A stretch of 64,000 nucleotides of DNA from Camelus ferus. Its lineage: Eukaryota. Shown here in pieces: positions 27,181 through 40,979 of this stretch. Position numbers and translations under genes: made by a program. The notes beneath the pieces were generated by a model. The model ran no database searches. It saw nothing but the letters and a program-made list of their open reading frames with translations, and was not told the DNA's origin. Position 1 is the stretch's first letter. The number at the start of each line of letters is the position of its first letter. The stretch lies in NCBI RefSeq assembly GCF_009834535.1, contig NC_045697.1, positions 20,896,001 to 20,960,000 of the forward strand, in the 5' to 3' direction.

Positions 27181-27420
27181 TATAACAGAGAAAACACAGA
27201 AAGGATGGTTTTATTATGCAATATCCTGTGGGATAATACTTGAATTTTCCATTCTGGTGCACAGTCTTTGCTGCAATAGCCTCAGCTATTGTACGTAGTT
27301 CAAATATCCATTTAGTATCTTTTGCAGACATTATTAAAATTTAAAATGGATTCATCACATTTTAACAAATCCTCATAATCAAGTTAAAATATACAATTTA
27401 CCTGTTTAACTTAAAAATTT

Positions 27421-27510
27421 AGATATATGTACATGTGTATGTATATATGTGTGTGTATGTGTTTATGTGTATATATATCATATATATAATATTGTATGTA
27501 CATATATGTT
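27421..27510. repeat. (TA)/(TG) low-complexity tract
   Basis: Directly visible. Confidence 0.85.
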
Positions 27511-28736
27511 TATCAAAAGATATCAAATCTAAACTTAGTGCCATTTATTCCATTGTAACTCACTCAGATATGATTTAAGCTGTGTCTCTAAGCTGGTCTG
27601 TCTTCATTTTCTCACCTGGCTCTGGATAATTCATTGACTCCACGCATTTTTGTTTGCCACATAATTAAATTTGGAATAGCTACTTCAAAAACGATGGTCT
27701 GTTAATCCTTCTTCCTGCCTCATTCCCTTCATATTTTTATAAAACATTTTTATTAGATTGAAGAAAAATTCCCTCTCTTTACAATCATTGCTTTTTCATC
27801 TTTCAACCATGAGTTTTGTTTTCATAGTGCTAATTATTCTTCATTTTCATTAACACAGTCATTAACTATCTTGACATTTTCAATTTGTACTCTTCAAAAT
27901 GACAGCCGCAGAGTGTTGTTGCATCTATTTTTTTTTTAATATTTTTTTCTGGTCTGAATTAAGGTATGAGGTATTGATCTTTTAGTGCTGGACCAGTGGA
28001 AGGGGTTTACAGCTCCTGGATTTTTGGTGGAAAGAGAACTCTTTCAGGTTTTATGCAAATTGAAAAAAAATCTTTACTCCTAGTTACAAATAATTGACTG
28101 ATATTTTTTGTTTTAAGATGAGCAACCATCCCACACACTGTAGTCTCCTGTGATTAATTATGTTAATATCACAATGCAGGGCACAAATTAGACACTGTTA
28201 TTTGTTGACTAATTCTTCAAGTCATAATCAACTTGAATTATGTTACTAGTTTTATCAAATGACTGTTATAAAGTTAAAGAAAAAGGCCTAAACAGAGAAG
28301 AACATGCTGAAGAATTCACTGTGACATATGGCTTATATAAAAGAAATGAAAAGACATCAGTGCATGGATAATAAGTTCTTTGGAAAGAATTTTGTTTTCT
28401 CAAGCTTTTTTGAATTTTTAAAGTTCAGTAAATAGATTAGCTTTTTAATAGCTCCATTCAAAATAATTTATTTGCTGATGAATATCATACATGAAAAAAA
28501 TTCCATTTTTCCTTAATCTTTTCTTTGTTATATTAAACAACTAAAACAAATTTTTGTTAGTTTGTAGACAATCAAGCCTTATATTTTCCTTTTAGGGAAA
28601 ATTTATTCTTTCAGAAGAAAATGCTCATTTGGTTATATATGAAGTTAGTAATAGATCTTCAACTTCTGTTGATTTGGATTAGTTATTTGTTAGGAATGGA
28701 AAATTTTTAAAAATTGTTTTCAATAAAGTACAGTAT

Positions 28737-29750
28737 GTAAAAGATGAGACTGCAAGGGCTTGATTTCGAGAATATATAAACAGATCATTAAGACTTAATA
28801 AGAAAAAAACAAGCAACCCAATCCAAAAATGGGCAGAAGACCTAAACAAGCAATTCTCCAATGAAGACATATGAATGGCCAATAGGCACATGAAAAAATA
28901 CTAAATACCACTAATTATCAGAGAAATGCAAATCAAAACTGCAATGAGTTATCACCTCACGTCAGTCAGTATGGCCATTATTCAAAAGTACACAAATGAT
29001 AAATGCTGAAGAGGGTGTGGAGAAAGAGGAACCCTCTTATATTGTTGGTGGGAATGCAGCCATTGTGGAAAAGAGTATGGAGATTCCACAAAAGACTAAA
29101 TATAGACTTACCATATGACCCAGCAATCCCACTCCTGGGCATATATCAAGGGGAATCTTAATTCAAAAAGACACCTGCACCCCAATGTTCATAGCAGCAT
29201 TATTTACAATAGCAAAGACATGGAAACAACCTAAATGTCCATCAACAGATGACTGGATAAAGAAATGTAGTATATTTATACAATGAAATACTACTCAGCC
29301 ATAAAAAATGATAAAATATTGCCATTTACTGCAACATGGATGTCCCTGGAGAATGTCTTCTAAGTGAAGTAAGCCAGAAAGAGAAAGAAAAATACCATTT
29401 GATATCATTCATATGTAGAATCTAAAAAGAAAAAGACAAATGAACTTATATATAAAACAGAAACAGATTCATAGACATAGAACACAAACTTATGGTTACC
29501 AGGGAGAAAAGGGGTGAGAAGGGGTAAATTGGGAGTTTGAGATTTGCAGACACTGACTGGTATATATAAAATAGATAAAGAAACTTATACTGTATAGCAC
29601 AGGGAAATATATTCAGTAACTTGTAGTAGCTTATGGTGAAAAAGAATATAAAAATGAATATATGTATATTCATTTATGACTGAAGCATTGTGCTATATAC
29701 CAGAAATTGACACAAAATTATAAACTGCCCATATCTCAGTTAAAAAAAAA
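28737..29750 (+). mobile_element. 5'-truncated lineage-specific L1 (ORF2 C-terminus, 3' UTR, polyA)
   Basis: Canonical L1 3' sequence (aaaaatgggcagaagacctaaac...tatgacccagcaatcccactcctgggcata...atactactcagccataaaaaa); polyA 29742-29750; degenerate TSD aaagtacagtat/aatgcacagcat. Confidence 0.95.
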
Positions 29751-30426
29751 TGCACAGCATCTTCTTCATCATGTGTTCTCAGAATTGGACTTCTCTAGGA
29801 ACAAAAAAGGCAAAACAAATGATGAGCTTAAGATTAATAGCAAGCCAAGCTGTCCATAGACTTGAGATTTCTGGACACACAATTTAATGATTAAAATTTC
29901 TAACATCCAGAGTTGTAATTACAAACAAGCTCTACTTCACGGTTCTCATGTCATTGGAATAATTATTGTTTAACCACTACCCTCTTTATAAAATAGAAAA
30001 TAAATGGTTACAAACAAAACTCATCATTCAATTTGTGATTAATTGATATAATTAGAGAAGATTTTGTCATTTTATCTTTCTAAACTGATAATAATGTGAA
30101 AAATGTGTAGCTACTTTGCATTCTCTTTCTTGAAATATTTGCCAAGCTGGTTTATAGACTGGAGAAAGCATGTTCTCTGGTTTTCAGATTATTTTCAGAA
30201 GTTGTTCAGTTTTTCATATATGCTAGGGAGATTTCCATATAAATTTTGATGTTTTTATTGTGGTATTTTTCAGAGATTTATGGTAGATTTAGATCTGTAT
30301 ATGATTTGTCTCAATAAATAATGATTGCTGAAGATACACACATTCTACTTGTCTTCTACAATTCCTAACACAGTAATTTCACAATATTATGATTACTTGA
30401 GATAAGTTTTAGGAATTAATCTAAAG

Positions 30427-30662
30427 CACTGATTCTAAAATGGATTAATTTTGCTCCTTAGACTAAGTTTAGCAATGTCTACAGGAATTTTTGGTTGTTA
30501 CAAATGGTGTGGCAGGAGAGGGTGTCGGGGGGTTGCTATTGCCACCTAATGAGTAGAGAAGCCAGGGATGCTGGTAAACATCCTATAATGTACAGGACAT
30601 TTCCCTATAATAAACAATGATCTATTTAGAAATGCCAATAATGCTGATGTTGTTAAGATCGA
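30427..30662 (+). mobile_element. MER20 hAT-Charlie MITE
   Basis: gcaatgtct...tttttggttgttacaa...gtagagaagccagggatgctggtaaacatcctataatgtacaggaca. Confidence 0.85.
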
Positions 30663-31349
30663 TCAAAGGTGTCTCACTGAATGCAGTCTATAAACACAAT
30701 AAAGTTTGAAATACTATTTGAAACTATTCTTTCTGTATGTTCTTGCATTCCCATCAACTTATGAAGAACTAGTCAGTCATTCTGTTTACTTTATCCTCTT
30801 CTAGTTTCCCTGACAGTTTCAATACATGTAACCACCCTGCAACTTTGCTGTGAAGGCAAGTTGAAGAATGGTAATACGATCCTATTTTTTGGAATGGGTA
30901 TTTACTTTCTGTGGATAGGTATTACATAATTGTGCTGTCCACTACTGCTGTTTCAACTTTTTATTTATGTTCCTTTCTGTGTGATTACATGGTGTGTGAG
31001 ATTTTTTAATTTCCTAGGATAGATAGTTTAATAAAACTAGATGAAATGTCAAGTTGCTGCTCATCTCTTTTCCTATAACCCAATTTATAAATGAGGATGT
31101 AATTCTTGGCAAAATCAAGGTTAGTCATAAATCAGATGCAAAAATTTGAGTTGCTTCTCTTCTAGCTTTTCTTTGTGTGAACTGAAAAAAAGACAGCAAA
31201 AATTAGCTGAAAATTCAAAATTACACAAGTATAGAATTAACAGGAAAATACGCCCCGTTTTCACGAAGAGAGAGAAAGAGCAACCAGTCATTCTGGTCCT
31301 TTATGTGTGTCTGCGTGTCTCATCTGTTTAAATGACTCCCCAAAAGAAA

Positions 31350-31725
31350 CCAAACAGGAGATCTCAATAGCAATCAGCCAAGGAAGAGTTTCTAATTTGA
31401 GAGTTTGTAATTGGGACACAGAATGACCAAGTAATATTAACTTAATATTACTGAATGAGGTCTATAGTTTGCCATGTGTATGGGAACTGAGAAAGTGGCC
31501 AAAGAGAAAAGACTGAAGAAGGCAAAAAAGACAAATAGAAATAAGAAGTAGTGGAAGAGCCCATGGCACCTTCCAGGGCTCCTGTGGTTCTCTGAAGCCA
31601 GGCAAGCATACTTGCTTTGCTTTCAATGAAACCCTTTAAATTTTTATGAAAGTGTCACTTTCCACATTTAAGCTAGACCATGCTATTTTGTGTTACTTTC
31701 TAACAAAATAATTCTAATAAAATCT
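31350..31725 (+). mobile_element. LTR33/LTR16-like ERVL LTR fragment
   Basis: 3' end ttaagctagaccatg...tgttactttctaacaaaataattctaa. Confidence 0.4.
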
Positions 31726-33108
31726 ATAGCAATAATGTTAATGATAATGTTTAATGAATACTAACTCTGTCAAGCGACATTTTAATATTTTTTCAAGATT
31801 TTTCTCATTTATTGCTCTTCAAACTTATGTGATAAAAAAGTCTTTTCAATTTTATCAGTGAGTTAAATACTTGTATTTAACCTATCATTAAGAAAGGAAA
31901 TGAAATATACCTCTAAAGCTTGATACTTTATACTGACTTAAATTTTTGCATAGACCAGAGATAGAGAAACGTCAGTGCTCAAAGTTGGAATATTCAAAAG
32001 CTGTTCAAGAGGTTTGCATGAAATGCAAAACTCATGAGAACTTTATCAGCAGGTTTTTAATTTGCTTTAAAAAGTTACTTTATAGTATTATGTATTTACA
32101 TTTGTCAGAGTTTAATTCATGTGATTTCTTACACAAGCATTTCCTTAGCTCCTCCTCTGTGCTCACACATCCATCCCCCAAAACTAAAAACATATATTAT
32201 GTATCATGTAATATATAATATAAATATTATATTTGTAATAAATATTCATTATAATATTATAATGAATAAATATAATATCAGAATTGTATAATGTATATTA
32301 CATATGCAATATGTGTACATATATATGATAAAAATTGGGGCTTAGAAGATATTTCAAAATTAAAACAAAGGGAATTGCTGTCAGCAAAGCACAACATTTT
32401 TTCTCTCCTGACTTTTTTTTAGTGAACATTTTATGATTCAAATAATTACTTAGAAGAAATTATTCATAGTGAAAGCACACAGCAAAATTTTGAGTGAATT
32501 CTGTTCCCTACAAATGCAAAATAATGCCTCATGTATGTTTCAGATTACACTGGAAAGACCAAAATAAATTGTTTTTAAACAAAGATTCAAACTAATGCTA
32601 TTGTATAATTTTAATACAAGTTTAAATATAATTAAAAATTAATGCTTTAATAACCTAGTAGTTGAGGTACACAAGAGATTCAGGATTTAAACAGATGACA
32701 AAATCTTCATCAAATATGTACTGAGCATCCACCCTGAGGTAGGGCTGTGCTTGGGTTGAAGCTGTAAAGAAAAATCTTGGTCTTCATAAGGCTCATAGTG
32801 TGTCCTCTGGTCAAGAAATAGTTAATGCAATAGAGATTACAAACCTAGGAGGGGAGACTGGGTAAAGTGAGTTAGTAAATCCAAGTGTGAGAAGCTAGAA
32901 TCCAGGAATCAAATTGTAGGAATCAACTCCCTGACTTTACAGATGGTTGTGGAAAATTTCTTCGAATTACTAGCTATTCTGAGGCTCACAGAGTTGAGTG
33001 GGAATAGCTGACTCAAAGGATGTGTGAGTTATTAGACAAACTGGCTGTACTAAGCTGTATAAATCAGGAACAATTACTTTGAGTCTAGATCTTTTCAAGT
33101 TTAATTGC

Positions 33109-33594
33109 TATGATGTTTAATTTAATGTGTCAGCCTGGCTAGGCTATGGTTGTTTGGATGCTGCTCTGAAGTTAATTTTTCAGATGGAATTAACATTTCA
33201 ATCTATGGACTTTAAGTAAATCAGATTACCCTCCATGATGTAGGTGGGCCTCACCCAATCAGTCAAATGCCTTAAGAATAAAGACAGGTTTCCTAAAGAA
33301 GAAGAAATTTTCCTCGAGACTTCCAAATGGGAACCACGCTTGTTTCCAGATTGCTGCCCTGGGGAATTTGTACTCGGGAATGCACCGTTCACAATTACCT
33401 GGATGTCCAGCCTATCCACTTTCCCTATGTACTTCAGGCCTACCAGCCCCCACAATTGCTGAGTCAATACTTTAAAATAAAATCCTCTCTCTCCCACTCT
33501 CTCCCTCTCTCTCTCTCCATAAACACACAATTTATCTCCATAGGTTTTGTGTCTATTATAGGTTCTATTTCTCTGGAGAACCCTGACTAATGCA
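33109..33594 (+). mobile_element. MLT2 (ERV-L) solo LTR
   Basis: Starts tatgatgtttaatttaatgtgtcagcctggctaggc, has cagattaccctccatgatgtaggtgggcctca, ends tttctctggagaaccctgactaatgca; 5-bp TSD attgc/attac. Confidence 0.9.
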
Positions 33595-34236
33595 ATTACA
33601 TACTTTGCTGTATCCGTGTATGTTCATGATGAAAATAGTTATTTCAGTGCCCCCATTTTCCCTTCCCTATGCCTTCCAGCAAGGTGAGGTGTGATGTGAC
33701 TCTTCCTTGTGCCTTTGGCAGTGGACCTGTCACTATTCTCCTCCCCCTGGGTCTTGATTAAGCTGATTCTCTGGCACACAATTTTGTGCCTATAAAACTG
33801 TACCCCAGTTGCTTTCAAAATACTTTTTTGATAACTTACAGAACCACTTTTTAAGAGTTGGCTCAGCTAGCCTTGTGTAGGCTTCTGGTCCTATCCCCAG
33901 TGGCTACCCTCCAGCAAATGCTGCTATCATTTTTATAACAAAAAACTTTTGTGAGTCGCAAGAGCTCAACAAAAGCTCCTTCAACTCAATAATTTTAAAA
34001 AACATAAAACCATTTGATCTAAAAAATACTGAGCATTTAAGCTTATCCCTCCAAAACTGAGGAACAAACTGCTTGTGCCTTTTGCTGCCTTAAAAGTCTT
34101 TGTGTTTTCAGTATGACAGTAGCACTAGATTGGCAGAGGAGAAAGAGAAAGACAGAGAGACAGAAAGAAATGGTCTTTAAGTTGTAATATCATTTATCTA
34201 TTTTCCAGTGGAAATCCTGTTGTCAGCTTGTCCTTT

Positions 34237-34715
34237 TAATTATATGTTTACTGAGAAAAGTAAAGGATTTATAATTAAGAGGTACTCAAAATTCTACCTT
34301 TTCTCTACTGCTGAATTTTTACAATAAGTAAGAAAAAATGCTCAAAGCATTCACATGTTGGCATATATTGATACTTGTGTGGCATGTCTCTTGATGTTTG
34401 GGCAATGTGCTAAACAATTTGCATAATAATAATAAGTAAGTAGCAACTGGCTCCAGGATGTGGTTTATTTTCTCAATTCAAGGTGGTTCCTTCTGGATTT
34501 GAGTCTGCAATTCTAAAAAAGTACAATTTTACATGAAATATCATTGCTCAAACTTACCTTCATTCTTTGTTGACAGTTAGAAAATGGAATACAAAAATGT
34601 GCTGCTGGGTTGACAGTTGTCAGCAATTATTAAGTTTCTGTTCAGAGAAATAATTACATGTTTACTGAGAAGAGAAAAGGATTTATAATTAAGAGGTACT
34701 CAAAATTCTACCTTT
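34237..34715 (+). repeat. 65-bp direct repeat pair (34237-34301 and 34651-34715)
   Basis: 62/65 identical by manual alignment. Confidence 0.95.
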
Positions 34716-35689
34716 AATATTATTTCTAAAACTACAAAAAATAAAATCTTGTAGTGTTTTATAGTAGATTCATTTCACAATTAGGTAATTTTGCTCCAAA
34801 TTTCCTTTCTCATCTCACTATGCCCATATGTATCCAATAGATAGATCCCATCTTTATACCTCATTGAACTTATCACTATTCAATGATTATAACAGCCTGA
34901 TTATCTCTCCTCCAGAAAGCCTTTAGTGTTCTCCTGTAACTAATATATTTTAACAATGAGTTTTCTGATGTGTAGGTTTACCTCACACCCTTACATGAAA
35001 CCTATTCTCTCACCTTTGCTGTTGCAATAGAATATACATCTATGGTAAGATCTCCCACTTTATATGAGGGTTTTGTTCAAAGCATCTCCCTCTGATGAAC
35101 TGTGATCTCCTTGAGGAAAGAGAACAAATCTCACTCCTCATTATTTATGTCTGACATAGTATGTGCCCGTCTTACTCATACCATCCTGATATATTGAATT
35201 ATCTTATAAAAATATATGAAGAAAGTATATAAAGTAAAATACCAGTGTTAAAAGTATTAAGCAAGAAAGTCTACACATACTAGTTTTCTACATTTTAAAG
35301 TTTTGTGCATTTTCTTTCTAATGATAGTTTCACTGATGTTCTTGTCCAAACATGTATGTTTAGTTCCATCGCAAAAATTCCAAAGTACTTTTTGCTATCT
35401 GGATATGTATAGTAATTTAAAGAGAAAATCAGCTTAAAATTTTACACAGTCTACAGAAGAAATGATTAATCTAAGTTTACCAGAGAAACACCTATGAAAC
35501 TTTAACAACAACAAAAAAATACATTTCCTGAGTGCTACTCCAGGATAGTTTGATTCATTGGAGACTTATATCAAAGAAAGGTTCAAATGTGAGAAGAAAC
35601 TACAACTGTGAATTTAAAAGTAAGAACATTTTTAAAAAGAAGACACAAGTGGAATGATAGGCCACTGTGGGTCAGGTGGTAGCACTGAG

Positions 35690-36575
35690 CAACTCACTTA
35701 TTTGTGTATGTATTAAATGCCTACTTTGCACCATCCATTGTTCTAGGTTTTAGGGTATACATATCAGTACAACAAAATTGATCCTTGCCCCTGTGGAAGT
35801 TATATTCTGCCAGTGGAAGTTAGATAATGAATAATTAAAAATAAAGATGTCAATTTATGGTTGTTAGAAAGTGGAAAGAACTGTGGAGGAAAGGTGACCA
35901 AAAAAGGGGTCTAGATGAATCCTATGTGCTATGCTGGAAAGAGAATTTCAGATATAAATAGGCTGTTATAGGTTAGCCTCATCACATAATGACATTTGGG
36001 TAATGGCTTTTGTGGGTGAGGGTGTTGTTCAGGTGGATAGCTGGTGTCAGTGAATTCCAGGCAGAGGAATGTCTGATTTAAAGCTCTAAATTAAGGACGT
36101 GCCTGGAGTGGTGAAGAGTCAGCAAGGTTAGTTGTGTAGCTAGAGTGAAATGTTTGGAGTGAATGGGGACCGTAGTGAGAACAGAGATCCAAATAATGGG
36201 GTAAGAAACAGATTATGTTGGGTTTATGGACCATTGTAGTGACTTTGTGTTTATACTCAATGGTAAGATGAGTACTTGCAGGCTTTTAATCAGCATATTG
36301 CCATGACCTGTCTTAATAGTTTAAAGGATGACTTGGTCTTTGTGTTGAAAACTGAATACATATGGACTGAATACATATGGACCAGAAAAGAAGGATGTGT
36401 TAAGAAGCTATTACAATAAGGCAGATAAGTATTGATGATGGCTTAAACCAATGTAATAGCAGTAGAGAAATGTAATTATTTTCAAGTAGAGTCAAAATAA
36501 TTTATCAACATATTAAATGTGGAACATGAGAGACAGGGCAGCCAAGAATGATTCCAAGGACTCTGGCCTCCTAAA
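35690..36575 (-). mobile_element. L2a LINE
   Basis: tattaaatgcctact...attccaggcagaggaa...gaagctattacaata...gccaagaatgattccaagg; includes a 15-bp tandem duplication at 36351-36380. Confidence 0.85.
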
Positions 36576-36582
36576 TTTAGTG

Positions 36583-37042
36583 CCTAGAGTTCCTATCAGT
36601 GAGACCTATAAATGTCACCTTACATGGGGAAAAGGTTTTGCGGGTGCCATTAAATTAAGAATCTCAAGATGGGGAAATTATTCTGGGTTTTCTGGATGGG
36701 CCCTAAATGCAATTACATGCATCATAAAAGAGGGGAGGTTTTACATACAAACACTGAAAGAGAGGAAGTGAAGATGAAACAGAAATTTGAAGATGCTAGC
36801 CTAGAAGTTGCAGTGATGCATATGCAAGCCAAGGAGTGCTGGCAGCTACAAGAAGCCAGAAGAAGCAAGAAACAGTTTTCCTCTAGAGCCTCTAGAGGGT
36901 ATATTTTCTTACCAATACCTTGATTTTGGCCCAATGATATCAATTTTGGACTTCTGGCACCCAGAACTGTAAGATAATTTCTGTGGCTTTAAGGCACCAT
37001 GTTTGTGGTATTTCATTACAGCAGCCACAGAAAACAAATACA
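36583..37042 (+). mobile_element. MLT1C/D-like MaLR LTR
   Basis: gtcaccttacatgg...caagccaaggagtgctggcagc...ttggacttctggcacccagaactgtaaga...cagcagccacagaaaacaaataca. Confidence 0.9.
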
Positions 37043-37044
37043 GA

Positions 37045-38680
37045 TACTCCAAATTGGTGTACATTGTACTCCAAATTGGTAGTAAAAATTGCAAGTCCCA
37101 TAGTAATATATGAAAGCCCACATTGTTCTACAATGTTGTCAACGTTTGATACCATCACATTTAAAAAAAAAAAAATTTGCTAATCTGACTGGTGAGAAGT
37201 TCCAACCATTTTTGTTTTAATTATACTTTCCCTGTTAATACTCAGACTGAGTGTACTTGCATGTGGTTATTGGCCATTTGTATTTCCTGTCATGACCTTT
37301 GTATTTTTCTTTTTGATTTATAAGAATTCTCTATGTATTCTGCCTGCTATGTAATTAAAATATTTTTTTCCAAAAATGGGGTCATCTGAAAGATTGCATT
37401 TTTGATTTAGAATATTTCTTTGTTTATTCCTAACTTTTGAATTTATTGTTTTCTTTTACTTTGTTTTACATGATATGCCCCAAATATATAAACATATTTT
37501 TATATTTATTTTTTATAGTTTCATGATTTCTTTTAATATTTAGACCTTAGGAAATTTTTTTAGTTATATGAGCTACTGATATGAATGATTTTTACCTCAG
37601 AGAGACAATTTGTTTTAAGATGATTACTGGATAGTATATTCCTTTTGTGTGGGAGCCCATGATTGGGTTAACAAATTGTAACAGACCCCAGCCACTTGTA
37701 TCCCTAAAGAAGAACAAATGTGTTTAGTAGATTTTAGATAGCACTCTGCTCCTTGCAAAGCAACGACCCAGGACCTTGGCTATAAATGCTGGGCATGCCT
37801 GCTGTTAGATAGTCTTCTATCCCCAAAACAGCCTTGGGCTGGAGTGGTAAACAACTTATAAAAAGCTGCAGACTCAGAGGTGAGGAGGCTGGTTAGCCAA
37901 TGACGGGAAGGATCCCCTGAGGGGAGCAACCTAAGACAGGCACAGCCGCCTGAGTCCAAGAAAAATGTTGTTATGCAGCTGATTCTCATGCATTCCCCCC
38001 TGATAAGCTGAAAGGCTCAACACGAACATGATTTACCAAAAAGGGTCTTCTGACCTTGAGCCAAACACCAACAATAAACAAAGCCTTTGCACTCGTTGTG
38101 ATCCCACTCTGTCCTTCCCTAAATTCCTGCATCACACAACTATTAGTGATTTCTCCTTTGATTGTACACAATAAATATGGGAGCATTTGAGAGGTTCGTG
38201 GAGTTGGCTCCTGACTCCCTCTCACTCTCTTGACTTTTTCCACAGAGTCTCAAGTAATTCATTCCGTCTTGGTGGGATTTCTGCCGGACAGAACACACAA
38301 CTGGTGATGAACCCACACTTTTGCACTGATTTAAAGTACAAACTTCATTATACAATAGTTAGATTTTCATTTTTTGCTTTCACTAATCCGTTTAATTTTC
38401 CACAAGAATCACATTATTTAATTTTATATAGATGTATGATACACTTTTTATATATAAAAGGTCAAGTCCCCTTTCTGTTTCTCCTTTTAAAAAATTGTCT
38501 TTGAGTACAATTTTGGTATTTACTCTTCCATAAAAATGTTACTCTTCAGTATTTACTCATATATACAAATTTTAGAATTTTATCAGTAGCTCAGGAGCTC
38601 TAGAAAAATAATTTGGATGTGTTGATGAAGCACTTTATTTATGTATTAGCTGGGCAGAAAAAAATGTTTATTTAATTATC
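37045..38680 (-). mobile_element. Old L1M fragment split by the 37648-38317 LTR
   Basis: ttattggccatttgtatttc...; gatagtatattccttttg|cactgattt rejoins across the LTR. Confidence 0.6.
37648..38317 (+). mobile_element. Solo LTR, ERV2/betaretrovirus-like
   Basis: TGTGGG...CCCACA inverted termini, perfect 6-bp TSD CTTTTG (37642-37647, 38318-38323), internal CCAAT and AATAAA motifs. Confidence 0.85.
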
Positions 38681-39479
38681 ACAGTCTAAATTAAAATATT
38701 TAATGTATATTTAAAAATGTTTCTTATTTGATTAGTATTCTGAGAGCTGAGAGAATATATTATTTCAAAGTGTTCATATTTTATAAAAATAAACACAACA
38801 TTAATTTTATTATAATTGTGTATATATTATGGACTCTAAAGTATGAATTTTAATGGCCAATCCTATTTACAAACAATTGAACAAAGAAAAAAAAATCATC
38901 TCAACTACATTGTGAGACAATCTCTTTCATCATATATGTTTATTTTCTAAAAGAGCTGTTTTCAACTTAATTAGATATATGGTTATATATAACCCTTGCA
39001 TACACCTTAAAAAGGCAGCATAAGTGAATGGAATTAAGATTTTCCTAAAACTCTTTCACCTCTATAGTATAAATTTATCTTTTTAACTCATGAGCCTCAT
39101 GTCCATGTTTTTAAACACAATGTCATCCTGAATGCCCTCAAGACCACTGTGATATGGCATTTGTTGAAATAGTCCATAAAAGGGCAGAAGCCATTAGGTT
39201 CTGTGTCATTAAGCTAGTTCTGCCTTTGTGGAGATCTCATCATCTTTTGGTTCTGATGCTCACATGCTGCTAAACATATCTGATTCATCACCTCCCACAA
39301 GTAGTCATTCCTGTAGGGTAAAAGACACCTCCACTATTATCTGTAAGTTTTTTTTTTTTTTCCTAAACCATTGGAATGTAATTTAAATATTTGGATACAG
39401 GTGGCTTTGTTGTTCACATATCCACAAACGCAATTATATCTGACTCACCTGGCCAAAGTAATCGTATAATATCACAAAT

Positions 39480-39550
39480 TAAAAGAGGTATCCTGATTTC
39501 AAATATATTAACATATGAAAAATCTGCATCTTAGAATAAAGGAAATGTAG
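39480..39550 (-). mobile_element. MER104-like Tc2 MITE fragment
   Basis: Reverse complement catttcctttattctaagatgcagatttttcatatgttaatatatttgaaatcaggat resembles the MER104 start. Confidence 0.55.
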
Positions 39551-40816
39551 AATTTATTTTATTTTGTTGGAGTGTATCCTGTACTCTAAGATATCAGACG
39601 GACAATGGACATTTCTCAAAAATTTTAAGGGAAAGCATTATAGTATTTGAAATTATCTACAACCATTCAATGTGAATACAAAGAGATTCAGCAACAGAAA
39701 AATGAGATGAAAATGAAGGAACACATAGTAACAAAATTAAGTCATCAGTAGAGACAGAAAAAAATTTTTCTTGCTGCAAAAATTTGAATCAGCAATATAT
39801 AGAACAAATTTAGGCATTCTCCAAACAGGGGGAAAAAAAAGTCCATGAATTTGAACTTGACTGTTAGTGAGTTTTTTGGGCCCTGATTCTTGCTTCTTTT
39901 CTTTCTGAAAATTAGCTTCTTTCTTCCTTGTAATTACAGAACAGTTTCTGCAACACAGGAGAAAGGAAAGGAACCTAGTTGCTAGTAGTCTGGGCAAATA
40001 TCATCTATTTGCAAGACATTTGCTGTATCAGCTTCACCACTTAAACTTTAAAAATTTCTCTCTGTGGGAGGTTGCTAAGGGATTAGCCCTACATCATTTT
40101 CCTTGCCTTGGGCCACATAATCCTGGTTCTACAATGTATTAATTTTACTTTAAGACAGCAAATCTTGTGGTTAAATAAGTTAAGAAACTTTTTCTTCAAT
40201 CTCTCTTGGAAACTTAAAAATATGTTACATATGCAGAGAAATCTCACAGTGAAAAAGAAACCTATTTAAGATCGTTGTTCATTTCTTAAAGAAACATTTC
40301 TGCAAGGGAAGGTTTACTTCTCTGCACAATAATTAACAATTTTCCCTTAATTCTGGTTTGGTTCTTGCTTCTCTGGCAAAAAGAAAGGATTCTTTTCAAA
40401 TTCATATTGTGTTAAGAAAATAGAATAATTGAGATAGAATTATTTAAATGACGGAGGACAATTGTCTGGTTTGCTCATACAAGTGCCAATACCGAGTATC
40501 TAACAGAGACAAGTAATATGTATCTAAGAGGACACTTTATATAATAGTAGCTGGAAACTCATGACTTCATAAAGGAAAAATAAATGACTTTGTGAAGAAT
40601 GACTCAACTTACACTATTAAATAGAAGAAAACAGAACAGTGTGATTTACTATACATGTTCCAGATCTGTCTAGCTCATGACTATGAAATAACTCCCTTTT
40701 CCTTTTAAACACAAATTGTATTGGCACAGCTCTTAGCTGGTTTAATTGTTGGATTGTTGGTAATTTTCTGCCCTTCTTATTCCTAGAAGTACCCAGAGTG
40801 TTTCATGATAAGTCTG

Positions 40817-40841
40817 AAAAAAAAAAAAAAAAAAAAAAAAA
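40817..40841. repeat. A25 homopolymer
   Basis: Directly visible. Confidence 0.9.
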
Positions 40842-40979
40842 GGTCCGTCAACCTAGGGTCCCACAGGACATCCACACTGTTGTTTCTCTCTTGATCTGGC
40901 CCCAACTTGTGAGTGGTGACTTCCAGCGAAGCCACCAGCAGAACCGTAGCCAGTGGGCTGCTCCAGTGATACTGGGCAA

